A stretch of DNA of 32,000 nt, from assembly GCF_000172995.2 (NCBI RefSeq), contig NC_014731.1, positions 270,001-302,000 of the forward strand, written 5' to 3'. Position numbers and translations under genes: made by a program. Source of the stretch: Halogeometricum borinquense DSM 11551 (GTDB taxonomy: Archaea; Halobacteriota; Halobacteria; Halobacteriales; Haloferacaceae). Numbering within the stretch: position 1 is the first letter of the stretch; the number at the start of each line of letters is the position of its first letter. The notes beneath the pieces are model-generated. The model did not search any database. It was not told where the DNA came from and saw only the letters and a program-made list of their open reading frames with translations. This document shows, in pieces, positions 1 through 8,761 of this stretch.

Positions 1-333
1 ATTCTCGCCGAACTCCCCGAGCAGGAACTGTCCGAGTACATCGAACAGGTCGAGTTCGAGCAACTAACTGAGAACACGATTACCGATCCTGCGGTACTGC
101 GTGACGAGTTAGCAGAGATACGCGAGCGAGGGTACGGCTTTAACAGACAGGAGACGGTCCGTGGGACGCATGCGGTCGGTGTCGCTGTGACGGCCCCCGA
201 AGGCGGAGCAATTGGTGGACTCAGTGTCACCGGACCATCTCACCGTTTGAAGGGTGACCAGTTCGAAAACGTTCTTCCAAACCTGCTTTTGGGCGCTGCA
301 AACGAACTCGAACTAAACATCGCGTTCTCTTGA
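1..333 (+). CDS. IclR-family transcriptional regulator, C-terminal effector-binding part (5'-truncated by the window edge)
   Basis: Frame 1 is open from base 1 to the TGA at 331-333. The translation ILAELPEQELSEYIEQVEFEQLTENTITDPAVLRDELAEIRERGYGFNRQETVRGTHAVGVAV...GGLSVTGPSHRL matches the typical IclR C-terminal domain pattern (T.NTIT, L..EL..IR..GYA.., E...G..AVA.P, a.s..GP..R). Confidence 0.8.
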   Translation: MLAELPEQELSEYIEQVEFEQLTENTITDPAVLRDELAEIRERGYGFNRQETVRGTHAVGVAVTAPEGGAIGGLSVTGPSHRLKGDQFENVLPNLLLGAANELELNIAFS

Positions 334-894
334 GGAACTGAACGGGTACGACCCAGCCCTCGCTGTTCCGTGTTTCACCGTCTTTACTTGAGATGTCCGA
401 TGGTATCGGACACGATTAGTTCTCCGTCGTCGCTGAACTAGCTGAGTGTGCTGTGAGAACTGACTCCTGTCGTCGTAGACCGACGGTGTCGCTGAGTCGT
501 GGACGCTCACAACTGTCGCTCACGTCTCGTAGATTACATCCGTATGAATGTAATGCTATTACTCAAAGCCCACCTTCGAGACGGGCGGTGATAGTGGTGA
601 TGACAGACGCAACAGCAGGTGGCGATCTGTGGGCAAAAACAGACTGTACAGATTTGATCTATCTGGCTCGCTATCTGAATATAATCTGGCGGATTTTGGT
701 CACTTATCCGGCTCTTGAGTTTGATTCACCGAACTAGCTGAGGATATACTGACATATTATCTCTACTTACTCACGTATCGGATATCGTTATATCTGTTTT
801 ACACATAGACTTCGTTGATATCCTGTCAATTCGAACATATATCCGCTCATTCTACGTTCGATTTCCTGATTCTCTAATAGAATCCCGTCGGTGA

Positions 895-2145
895 TCAGGT
901 CCAGAGACGTTTGTCAAACGCTTGGTCTACGGAGCTATTTGCGGCCGCTGCGCCGACCTCGCTTGTAAAGACAGCAGGATCGCCGCCACCGCGTTTGATG
1001 GTGTTTAGCGCGGAGGTGAGGTCGGGACTCCCACGCTCGAATACGAACGATCCGACTGCGATCCGTCCGGGAAGGTCCTTCTGAAATAGAGGTGGTCCGA
1101 TGTCCGACGTTTGCTCGTGAGCGAGGACAGTCCGAGCGACAGTCGCATTCCCGTATTCGACGTACGTGAAGTACGTCGTGAAGTTCGCGGACGGAGTCAG
1201 GCCTCCTGCATCGACGTTGCTATCGGTAAGTTGGACGACGAAGAGGCTACCTGAGACCGAGCGGATTGTCTCGTGCTGTTCGACTGTTGCACCGCGCTCG
1301 TTGAATTTTGTCACCAGTTGATCGGAGAGCGCCTCTCGAACGTCCGGGTTTCCGCCTTTGACGACGACGTGAACCGTTTCGTCAGAAACGTCGGGAACAC
1401 CGGCGTTTGCTTCGGAACCTGTTGTTTCTGCTGGTGTTGTCGAGGTGTAGTACTCACCGGAAACAGCGGGACTGTACGCCAGAGCGACTGGTGTTGCACA
1501 CACTCCTGTCAGGAGTACGATTGTCGTTAGCAGTGTCTTCCTCGTCATTGGGTCGAGGACGGGGCTTGTATCCCGCGAATTGGGGGACTGTGAATCGTCG
1601 TTTGAGACGTACGATACGACGAGCGTCGTGATTGCCCCAGCAAACGCCACAAGTGAATTCGGGCTGCTTGCTACCTGTCCTTCTGGTATTTGCTGGACCG
1701 CTTCGAGTACGCTCGTCGTTGCTTGCAGTACGACGCCGATAAGTGCGATAACGCCGATAGCTCCCAGAAATCGCTTGAACATCGAAAAGAGACCGTCTTT
1801 CCGATCGTCAGTTCCGATGAAGACGACGGCGGCGTTCTCGCTCGGCGCGTATATCTGCATCTCCTTCCCACGAGACGAATACTGGGTGTCCACAACTCGA
1901 GCGAGGTCGGTCTCTTCGAGTTTCTCCAGATGGTACATCGCGTTCTGGATGGACGTCTCGGTCTGGTCGGCGAGTTCTGTCGGCGTACTCGGACTGCGGT
2001 GGAGTTCTGCGAGAATCATGCGCGTTGTCTTCGAAGAAAGCGCATCGAACACCGCATCGGCCTCATCATCGTCCACGTCGAGAATCCGAAGTGGTCCCTC
2101 TTGGGACGACTCGGGTTCCGAACGCAAGGAGGACAAAAGCGACAT
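895..2145 (-). CDS. Membrane-tethered ArsR-like winged-helix regulator: cytoplasmic wHTH, 3 predicted TM segments, and an extracytoplasmic domain of about 190 aa
   Basis: ORF 895..2157 opens with TTG; the first ATG is at 2145 (MSLLSSLRSEPE...). The N-terminus DAVFDALSSKTTRMILAELHRSPSTPTELADQTETSIQNAMYHLEKLEETDLARVV is a typical ArsR/wHTH. Hydrophobic stretches are FLGAIGVIALIGVVLQATTSVL, SLVAFAGAITTLVVSYV and TLLTTIVLLTGVCATPVALA. The C-terminal domain is Thr/Ser-rich and has no motif I recognise. Confidence 0.7.
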   Translation of the reverse strand: MSLLSSLRSEPESSQEGPLRILDVDDDEADAVFDALSSKTTRMILAELHRSPSTPTELADQTETSIQNAMYHLEKLEETDLARVVDTQYSSRGKEMQIYAPSENAAVVFIGTDDRKDGLFSMFKRFLGAIGVIALIGVVLQATTSVLEAVQQIPEGQVASSPNSLVAFAGAITTLVVSYVSNDDSQSPNSRDTSPVLDPMTRKTLLTTIVLLTGVCATPVALAYSPAVSGEYYTSTTPAETTGSEANAGVPDVSDETVHVVVKGGNPDVREALSDQLVTKFNERGATVEQHETIRSVSGSLFVVQLTDSNVDAGGLTPSANFTTYFTYVEYGNATVARTVLAHEQTSDIGPPLFQKDLPGRIAVGSFVFERGSPDLTSALNTIKRGGGDPAVFTSEVGAAAANSSVDQAFDKRLWT

Positions 2146-2312
2146 ACTCGTCAACAACTCCGAGAAGCAATTAACGTTTATCAGTTACTCAGCCTTCAAC
2201 GAGCATTGAACTGAAAACGTATGCAATCGTGGGTATTCCGGATCTCCCCGAAGTTCGTTGCACTCTCTGCTGTGTTGGCCGTGCATAGACACTTCCATCC
2301 GGGAGCTGTTCG

Positions 2313-3044
2313 TTATGACTCGTTAGCAACGGTTGAGTTGTGAGTCTCTAGAGTGTCTGTCGTCGTTGTCGGTTGCTGTCGAATCTTGTCCCAGTCTGTA
2401 ATATCGGTCACAGTCCCGTTCGCTAGGTCAATATCGATTGAATATTTGAGCTCCTGCAATTCGGGCTCATTCGGTTGCCGAACTCGGACGACTGCTCGAT
2501 CTTTAACGTACGAGGACTCACGTTGGATGACAACGCTGCTTTCGTTCTCAACGGACATGCTTCCGATCTGTACTGTCAACTCAGAACCCGTCTCGGTATC
2601 GGATCCGTTTATTTGAGAGATCGTTCCACTAATTTCCGATGCTGAACTCGCATTTATCTTCTGAACCGGATCGACAGCGAGCGTATATTCATCCATCTGG
2701 TCGAGATGCCGCCGGACTGTTTCGTTGTTCCGTGCAACTCCGATTGCACGGTCGCGTTCGGCCGCTGTGAAGGGCTGTTCTTTTTCTGTATGCACCTCGA
2801 ACTGCCCAGACTTGACTTGCGTAATCTGCACCTTCTCGACTTCGGACATGTTCTGGGCTAACGTCACACTCTCTCCAGCACTCGAAAACGTCATATTCTC
2901 TTGATTGACGACGAACTTGGCGTTGTCATCGGTGTTCGTGAGCGGGGACGTTACCCCGAGGGTAGTTCCCATGACGGCCAACGAAACGCCGAGAACGGAG
3001 AGGCCAACGAGAATGAAGAGTCGGGAACGAATCTCACTAGTCAT
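2313..3044 (-). CDS. Secreted or membrane-anchored hypothetical protein (N-terminal signal/anchor; possible PepSY-like core with an insertion)
   Basis: ATG at 3044, TAA at 2313-2315. The N-terminus is MTSEIRSRLFILVGLSVLGVSLAVMGTTLG. The protein is acidic with many N-x-S/T sequons. The motif AAERDRAIGVARNNETVRRHL ... KYSIDIDLANGTVTDITDW resembles a PepSY helix plus terminal strand. Confidence 0.65.
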   Translation of the reverse strand: MTSEIRSRLFILVGLSVLGVSLAVMGTTLGVTSPLTNTDDNAKFVVNQENMTFSSAGESVTLAQNMSEVEKVQITQVKSGQFEVHTEKEQPFTAAERDRAIGVARNNETVRRHLDQMDEYTLAVDPVQKINASSASEISGTISQINGSDTETGSELTVQIGSMSVENESSVVIQRESSYVKDRAVVRVRQPNEPELQELKYSIDIDLANGTVTDITDWDKIRQQPTTTTDTLETHNSTVANES

Positions 3045-3082
3045 ACGTCTCGTGTTGGCTGAAAGACTATATCAGCCCTGGG

Positions 3083-3119
3083 GTGAAACGCGTTTGGAAG
3101 CGTTGGAAACGCGTTTCAC
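3083..3119. promoter_or_regulatory. Candidate operator: two copies of the self-complementary decamer AAACGCGTTT, forming a 13-bp perfect inverted repeat GTGAAACGCGTTT-N11-AAACGCGTTTCAC
   Basis: Read directly: 3083-3095 is gtgaaacgcgttt and 3107-3119 is aaacgcgtttcac. The decamers at 3086-3095 and 3107-3116 are 21 bp apart centre to centre. The site lies in the divergent intergenic region between the genes starting at 3044 (-) and 3188 (+), upstream of TATA-like elements (ctatatc at 3068-3074; attaaa at 3159-3164). Confidence 0.45.
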
Positions 3120-3187
3120 ACGTGTTTTACGGGGGTTTTAGCCCAGAAAACGACAATCATTAAACCTCGTCGCTAGGAGTTGCCAGT

Positions 3188-3766
3188 ATGAATTTCCGCG
3201 CCCTCCAGAACACACACCTCGTGGCGGCGGTACTATTCGTTGCCTCCGTCCTCGTCCTTGCTATGCAGCTAATCACTCCCTCTCCGATCATGGTCTCGAT
3301 GGGTGACAGTAGCGCACAGGCGACTCAGCTCGGTGAATACTTCACGTATAGTGACGTTGCCGTCGTCGTTGTCGCGGCCGTTTTGTGTGGTGCCAGTGGA
3401 ACGTACCTCGTTCTCCACGACCGCGCCCAGCAACTTGTCCAGCCGAAACACGACCGCCCTGACGCACGCTCGCAACCGGCAGTAAACGGCGGCGTCGAAC
3501 CGAGCAATGGCGTGTCAGATTCGGATTCAGGTACTTGGGAGTCGCACCACGAGCGGTGGGAAGCGACGGCTGAACGCCTACAGAATAACGAAGAAGTCGT
3601 TTACACAGCACTCATTGAGGCCGATGGCGAACTCCCACAACGAAAGCTCGTTGAGGAGACTGATCTCTCGAAGGCAACTGTCAGTCGGACGCTCGACAAA
3701 CTCGAACACCGGGAACTCGTCGAGCGCGAACGGGTCGGTATCGGGAATACGGTTCGACTCCAGTAA
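3188..3766 (+). CDS. Membrane-tethered MarR/TrmB-like winged-helix regulator (2 N-terminal TM segments, cytoplasmic C-terminal wHTH)
   Basis: ATG at 3188. TM segments are LVAAVLFVASVLVLAMQLI and VAVVVVAAVLCGASGTYLVL. The C-terminus EEVVYTALIEADGELPQRKLVEETDLSKATVSRTLDKLEHRELVERERVGIGNTVRLQ is a typical wHTH. A TATA-like ATTAAA lies about 29 nt upstream, which fits a leaderless mRNA. Confidence 0.75.
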   Translation: MNFRALQNTHLVAAVLFVASVLVLAMQLITPSPIMVSMGDSSAQATQLGEYFTYSDVAVVVVAAVLCGASGTYLVLHDRAQQLVQPKHDRPDARSQPAVNGGVEPSNGVSDSDSGTWESHHERWEATAERLQNNEEVVYTALIEADGELPQRKLVEETDLSKATVSRTLDKLEHRELVERERVGIGNTVRLQ

Positions 3767-3995
3767 CCACAACGATACTAGTGGAACGGGCGTGGAACGG
3801 GATCGAAGCAGATGTGAACGGGCGCAAAACGCGTTCGCAACGGCTTCCGAATGGGTTTCCAATCAATGCCTATGAGGTCTTTCATACAACTGGTTACTGA
3901 GGCGAATCGGGATCACGATAGCACAGGTTCCCGCTGATCGAGATGCGTAACGTGGTCCTCCATTCCCGGTTCGCCGCTCACATAGGATACGCAAT

Positions 3996-4628
3996 ATGCA
4001 ACACAGAGCACTCACACTCGTGGTTGCGGCACTACTCGCCTTCGGAGCAAGTGGTGTCGTTGCTGCAACGACGACTGTAAGTCCGTCACCGGTGACCGCC
4101 GATGCGTCGCCTACGGACGGTGTATCGCCCGCTGATCATACTGTCAAAGTCATCGATCCCGACGACCGACTGAGCGAGCAGGATATCGAGAACGCGTGGC
4201 AACTCGCGTGGTCGAACGAGACCGTCAAACGCTCCTTCGAGAACGCTGATTCCCCTCACTTCCAGGTCGAAGCGGTCAGCGATGAGCTTCAAGTTTACGT
4301 GGCAACGGACGAGACCGCGCGGCCGCAGGTCGTCGCTGACGTTGATCTCGATTCCGAGTCGGTAACTGCTGTCGAACCGATACATGATGTCTTGATAGCT
4401 GGCGAAGTGGGGTCGATGCAGTTGGTCCCCACAAACACGACGACGAAACCTGATGTTGAGGAAACACTGCATGCGACAGTCGTAGAGGGCAACGAAACGT
4501 TGGCTCCCGGTATGTCGTTTACAGTGACCTGCGCGAGCGAGCAGTCCAAAACGACGACGAACAACACGGCAACAAACAATTTCACATCGGGCACGGTCTA
4601 CTACGTCTTCAACGCAACTGAGGAGTAA
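3996..4628 (+). CDS. Secreted hypothetical protein (Sec-type signal peptide, PepSY-like motif)
   Basis: ATG at 3996. The signal is MQHRALTLVVAALLAFGASGVVAATT. The protein is acidic. The motif SEQDIENAWQLAWSNETVKRSF ... VVADVDLDSESVTAVEPI parallels the one in the 2313..3044 product. The C-terminus is Thr/Asn-rich with N-x-S/T sequons. Confidence 0.65.
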   Translation: MQHRALTLVVAALLAFGASGVVAATTTVSPSPVTADASPTDGVSPADHTVKVIDPDDRLSEQDIENAWQLAWSNETVKRSFENADSPHFQVEAVSDELQVYVATDETARPQVVADVDLDSESVTAVEPIHDVLIAGEVGSMQLVPTNTTTKPDVEETLHATVVEGNETLAPGMSFTVTCASEQSKTTTNNTATNNFTSGTVYYVFNATEE

Positions 4629-4891
4629 CTTCCCTCGACTCGATGAAATCCGACTCTCAAACCTTCTGCGGGTGAGTCTCCTCGCTTGATTTTTGACTTT
4701 TCTTCTTCCACTATCCGTTGTTTTGCTCTGCTGTGGTGTGTCGGTTGATGCAGTCTCTTGAAATGTACGGACTGCATCTCCGCATTATGTTTGTATTAAC
4801 GAACAAAAGTAATACGCTGATAATAAATTCCGTCGTTAGGGATATATAGTAAATATCTTACAGAAGTAGGTTATCCCCAGTGAAGTTAAGT

Positions 4892-4903
4892 CGGAACGTT
4901 CCG
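4892..4903. promoter_or_regulatory. Perfect 12-bp palindrome CGGAACGTTCCG, 14 nt upstream of the fadB-like start codon
   Basis: Read directly at 4892-4903. It is downstream of a TATA-like gatatatag (4841-4849). It could be an operator or 5'-leader element. Confidence 0.3.
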
Positions 4904-4917
4904 AAACAGATTGATGT

Positions 4918-6882
4918 ATGACAGATACTAACATCGGTCAGGTGTCCGTACTCGGAGCGGGAAACATGGGTCACGGAATCACGGAAGTCGCCGCTATCGC
5001 CGGATACGACGTCACGATGCGCGACGTCGAGGAGGATCTCGTCGCGGACGGATACGAAGATATCAAATGGAGTTTGGAGAAACTGGCTGAAAAGGACCAT
5101 CTCGACGAGTCCGTCGATGAGGTTCTCGGCCGTATCGACACTGCGGTCGAACTGGAACCCGCAGTCGCCGACGCCGACCTCGTCATCGAGGCCGCCCCGG
5201 AGCGGATGGACCTCAAGAAGGACATCTTCGGTGATCTCGACGCGTTTGCGCCGGACGACGCACTGCTCGCGTCGAACACGTCCAGCCTCAGCATCACGGA
5301 AATGGCAACCGCGACCTCCCGACCCGAGGACGTGGTGGGGATGCACTTTTTCAACCCGCCGGTGAAGATGAACTTGGTCGAAGTTATTTACGGCGAGGAA
5401 ACTAGCGACGAAACCGCCGAGGCCGCCTACGAGTTCGTCGAATCGCTCGACAAAACGCCGATTTACGTCCGGAAGGACGTCCACGGATTCGTCGTCAACA
5501 CGGTTCTCGGGCCGTTCATCGACGAACCCGCGTGGATGGTCTCGAACGAGGAGGCGACGATACGCGAGGCAGACGCTGCTATGGTACATCGACGCGGCTA
5601 CCCGATGGGGCCGTTCGAACTCGTAGACCTCTCTGGTATCGACGTGGGGTATCACGTCCGAACGGAGGCTGGGCGGCCGATACCGCCGATCATGAAGGAG
5701 AAGGTTGAAGCCGACGAACTCGGCCGTAAGACGGGTCGAGGGTACTACGACTACGAAAACGGCGATGGAGTCGATTACGAACCCAGTGACGGCGAGAACT
5801 TCGACACGCTGCGCGTGGAGGCTCGAATGGTCAACGAGGCCGCACGACTAGTCGGTGACGACGTGGCGACGCCCGAGGAGATAGATACCGGGGTCCGCCT
5901 CGGCCTCGGCTTCCCGGAGGGTATCTGCAGGCGCGGTGACGAAATCGGACTCGATGTCGTTCTCGATAAACTCCGGAGCCTCCACGAGAAGACAGAGCAG
6001 GACCGGTTCGAACCTGACGACTACCTCGTCGAACTCGTTGAGCAGGGTCGGACAGGCGAGGACGCAGGTGCGGGGTTCCATGACTACGGTTCTGACGGCG
6101 ATGCGGGACCGGGCGAGTACCGACTGTTGAACTATGAGTTGTCCGAGAACGGACTGCTCGAAGTGGAACTCGACCGCCCGGAGCGCATGAACGCCCTCTC
6201 GATGAGCCTCCTCGGCGAAATCGATGCACTGCTGTCGTCGGTGAACTCCGACGATGTTCGGTGCGTTACGTTCGAAGGTGCAGGCGACCGCGCCTTCAGT
6301 GCCGGGGCAGATATTGGCGGCTTCGCGGATCTCACCCCGACCGACGCCATGGACGTGACACCGGCGTTCGAGACCGTCAACGACTTCGAGCGGCCCACTA
6401 TCGCCAAGATAGACGGCTACTGCCTCGGCGCGGGGCTGGAACTGGCACTCGCCTGCGACCTCAGAGTGGCGACCGCAAACGCGAAGTTCGGATCACCCGA
6501 AATCGGGCTCGGTCTGATTCCGGGCGGAGGCGGTACACAGCGACTCCTCCGAGTGCTGGGGGAGACGCGGGCCAAGGAACTGGTGTTCCGGGGGAACCGC
6601 ATTGACGCCGAGCGCGCCGAGGAGTGGGGGCTGATCAACCGTGCTGTCCCGGCCAAGGAGTTCGACGACACTGTCTCTGATTTCGTGGACGACATCGTCG
6701 AAGGGCCGCCCATCGGTCTGAAAGTGGCAAAGAAGGTTCTGAACCAGGGGGCCGACGCGAGCCTCGAAGCGGCGCTGACGATGGAGAGTCAGGGCTTCGG
6801 CCTGCTCATGGGAACCGAAGATGTGCGCGAGGGAACCACCGCGTTCCGCGATGACCGCGACCCCGAATTCCGCGGTGAATAA
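4918..6882 (+). CDS. Bifunctional 3-hydroxyacyl-CoA dehydrogenase / enoyl-CoA hydratase (FadB-like fusion with the dehydrogenase N-terminal)
   Basis: 654 aa. The N-terminus has the Rossmann motif VSVLGAGNMGHGIT, plus HFFNPP and the PMGPFEL..L.G.D motifs of 3-hydroxyacyl-CoA dehydrogenases. The C-terminal half has crotonase motifs (FSAGADIGGF, IDGYCLGAGLELALACDLRVA, PEIGLGLIPGGGGTQRL). Confidence 0.92.
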   Translation: MTDTNIGQVSVLGAGNMGHGITEVAAIAGYDVTMRDVEEDLVADGYEDIKWSLEKLAEKDHLDESVDEVLGRIDTAVELEPAVADADLVIEAAPERMDLKKDIFGDLDAFAPDDALLASNTSSLSITEMATATSRPEDVVGMHFFNPPVKMNLVEVIYGEETSDETAEAAYEFVESLDKTPIYVRKDVHGFVVNTVLGPFIDEPAWMVSNEEATIREADAAMVHRRGYPMGPFELVDLSGIDVGYHVRTEAGRPIPPIMKEKVEADELGRKTGRGYYDYENGDGVDYEPSDGENFDTLRVEARMVNEAARLVGDDVATPEEIDTGVRLGLGFPEGICRRGDEIGLDVVLDKLRSLHEKTEQDRFEPDDYLVELVEQGRTGEDAGAGFHDYGSDGDAGPGEYRLLNYELSENGLLEVELDRPERMNALSMSLLGEIDALLSSVNSDDVRCVTFEGAGDRAFSAGADIGGFADLTPTDAMDVTPAFETVNDFERPTIAKIDGYCLGAGLELALACDLRVATANAKFGSPEIGLGLIPGGGGTQRLLRVLGETRAKELVFRGNRIDAERAEEWGLINRAVPAKEFDDTVSDFVDDIVEGPPIGLKVAKKVLNQGADASLEAALTMESQGFGLLMGTEDVREGTTAFRDDRDPEFRGE

Positions 6883-7103
6883 TCCGGTGGTGGACGGCTA
6901 ACCGACTAAACGAACGACCTACGAGCTTTCGTGGACTGGCACGGTATATCTCGTGGCTCAAACTGATGGCTCCCGTAGCCGGTTGACCGGAGACCGCGGA
7001 AGCAATGGAGGCCGTGAGAGCTTATACTGTTGGATATGACTGTTTTTGAGGTATTTGACATCTCGGAATAGCGAAACTCGTTACAGATTTACAGTCAACA
7101 GTA

Positions 7104-7535
7104 TCAGTAATCGAACTCGACGTCAACCTCGCCCGCACATTCCGTCATCGTGACCGCGGCCTGACTGTACTGCATCACCTTCTGCATGTCTCCGTCGAGA
7201 TCGAACGTGCCGTCCATCATTCCCTCAACCGGGTCGATATCGCCCTGCATGAGTTGTTTCCAGTCCTCGTACTCGCCACGGTATGCGAATCCCCAGTCCT
7301 CTTTATCAGGGTCGTCCACGACGTACGACTCGGTGCAGTCTCCGTCCTCAAGACCAACGAAGAAGTGTATTGGATCGCCCTCGTAGGTCTCGTCCGGTTG
7401 GAGTTCGAAGAGAAAGTCCCCGTTGAATCCGACTCCCCACCCTTCGCCGGTGTCCGAGTACTCTTTGGAGGCGTTGATCGTCTGTTTGTACTCCTCAATG
7501 TATGCTTCCGGCTCGCTCGGTAGTCGTACTGTCAC
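7104..7535 (-). CDS. Stand-alone SCP2 (sterol carrier protein 2-like) lipid-binding domain protein
   Basis: 143 aa with a GTG start at 7535. LPSEPEAYIEEYKQTINASKEYSDTGEGWGVGFNGDFLFELQPDE ... MQGDIDPVEGMMDGTFDLDGDMQKVMQYSQA follows the SCP2 pattern (P.eEw...y....N.s.ey...a.gW.g...f.i; G.l.p..a.m.G.l...Gdm....). Confidence 0.8.
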   Translation of the reverse strand: MTVRLPSEPEAYIEEYKQTINASKEYSDTGEGWGVGFNGDFLFELQPDETYEGDPIHFFVGLEDGDCTESYVVDDPDKEDWGFAYRGEYEDWKQLMQGDIDPVEGMMDGTFDLDGDMQKVMQYSQAAVTMTECAGEVDVEFDY

Positions 7536-7693
7536 ACCTTCTACTTGCTAGGACAGACTATTGTGATTGTTCCTGTTATAGCTGGGTGTTTTATATGCAT
7601 ACCGACGGCGCAGTGACTCGGCTGACTCCGACGAACTGAACAGTACAGGGTTGCCGAACGGGGTGTGGTTTCGAAATCGTGGTGCGACGAGCG

Positions 7694-8761
7694 TTAGAAT
7701 TCGGTGCAGACGGGGATTCCCATCGTGTCGTACTCGCCCAGCCGCTCCATCACGCTCGGAATGTCCCCCAACGAACAGGTTTCTGAGACGATCTTCCCAG
7801 GGTCGATCTTCCCGCTCGACATCATACGGAAGATGTCGTCATACTCGTGGGGTGGCATCCCGTAGGTGCCGTAGAACTCGCGCTCGTCCTGCACCATGAA
7901 GTCAATCGGTAGCGAGACCTCGCCGCCCTCCTCGGAGGTGGTCAGTCCGACCTGGAGGTGCTGTCCGCCGGGGGCAAGACAGTTCACGGAGTCCTTGATC
8001 GTCTGTGAGATGCCGAGCGCCTCGACGGAGACGCTGACGCCACGGCCCCCGTCTGTGATTGATTTCACCGCCTGTGGGATGTCGTCCACCTCCGTGGAAT
8101 TAATTGTCTCGACGGCCCCGAGGTCCCGCGCGAACTCCAGTTTTTCCTCGACGATGTCGATCGCAATGACGTTCCCGCCGAGAGCGGTCGCAGTGTGGAC
8201 TGCAGAGAGACCGACACCACCACACCCATGCACCGCGACCCAGTCGCCCGCCTTGATATCGACGCGCTGACTGACGCCATGGAACGCGGTGGCGAACCGG
8301 CAGCCGAGGCCTGCGATTTCGCGGGCCGGAACGTCTTCGGGGACCTTGATGAGGTTCTGGTCGGCGTTCCGGACCGAATACTCCTCCGCGAAAGCGCCCT
8401 TTTGGAAGTGGACGAATCCCATCGGGATCGACGACTCGCAGATGTTGCCCCGGCCCGCACGGCAGTACGGACAAGTCCCGTCGCTCAAGTTGAATGGGTT
8501 CGTCACCATCTCTCCCTCGCTGAAACGGGTGACGTTCTCTCCCACCTCGACGATCCTGCCGACCGGCTCGTGGCCGAAGATCAGTCCTGGTTGTGGAATA
8601 ATGCCGAGCCATTCCCAGTCTCCTTGCCACGCGTGCCAATCGCTTCGACAGATTCCGCAGGCTTCTGTCTCGACGACTACTCCGTTGGCATCGCAATCCG
8701 GTCGGTCGACTGATCTGAGTTCGAGTGGTTCGTCCACACCCTGGAACACGACTGCATCCAT
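7694..8761 (-). CDS. Zinc-dependent (MDR family) alcohol dehydrogenase
   Basis: The ORF runs to 8788, but the first ATG is at 8761 (MDAVVFQGVDEPLEL). The catalytic Zn motif is CGICRSDWHAWQG, the structural Zn cluster is DGTCPYCRAGRGNIC, and the Rossmann motif is VHGCGGVGLSAV. Confidence 0.9.
   Translation of the reverse strand: MDAVVFQGVDEPLELRSVDRPDCDANGVVVETEACGICRSDWHAWQGDWEWLGIIPQPGLIFGHEPVGRIVEVGENVTRFSEGEMVTNPFNLSDGTCPYCRAGRGNICESSIPMGFVHFQKGAFAEEYSVRNADQNLIKVPEDVPAREIAGLGCRFATAFHGVSQRVDIKAGDWVAVHGCGGVGLSAVHTATALGGNVIAIDIVEEKLEFARDLGAVETINSTEVDDIPQAVKSITDGGRGVSVSVEALGISQTIKDSVNCLAPGGQHLQVGLTTSEEGGEVSLPIDFMVQDEREFYGTYGMPPHEYDDIFRMMSSGKIDPGKIVSETCSLGDIPSVMERLGEYDTMGIPVCTEF

Noticed and set aside
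313-737. ORFs 313..510 (-) and 453..737 (+), downstream of the truncated IclR gene
   Set aside because: Their products are basic and Arg/Ser-rich, unlike haloarchaeal proteins. The ORFs overlap each other, have no motifs, and run into an AT-rich intergenic region.
1273-2214. Plus-strand ORFs 1580..2209, 1690..2214, 1273..1530 and 1407..1631, opposite the ArsR-TM regulator gene
   Set aside because: They are antisense to a gene with a clear wHTH and TM organisation. Their products are Cys/Ser/Arg-rich and not haloarchaeal-like.
4858-5655. A 265-aa minus-strand ORF antisense to the fadB-like gene (also 4971..5354, 5831..6229, 6132..6407 and 6417..6713)
   Set aside because: These are shadow ORFs with a basic, Arg/Val-rich composition and no start context. 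The plus strand encodes a clear FadB-like protein.
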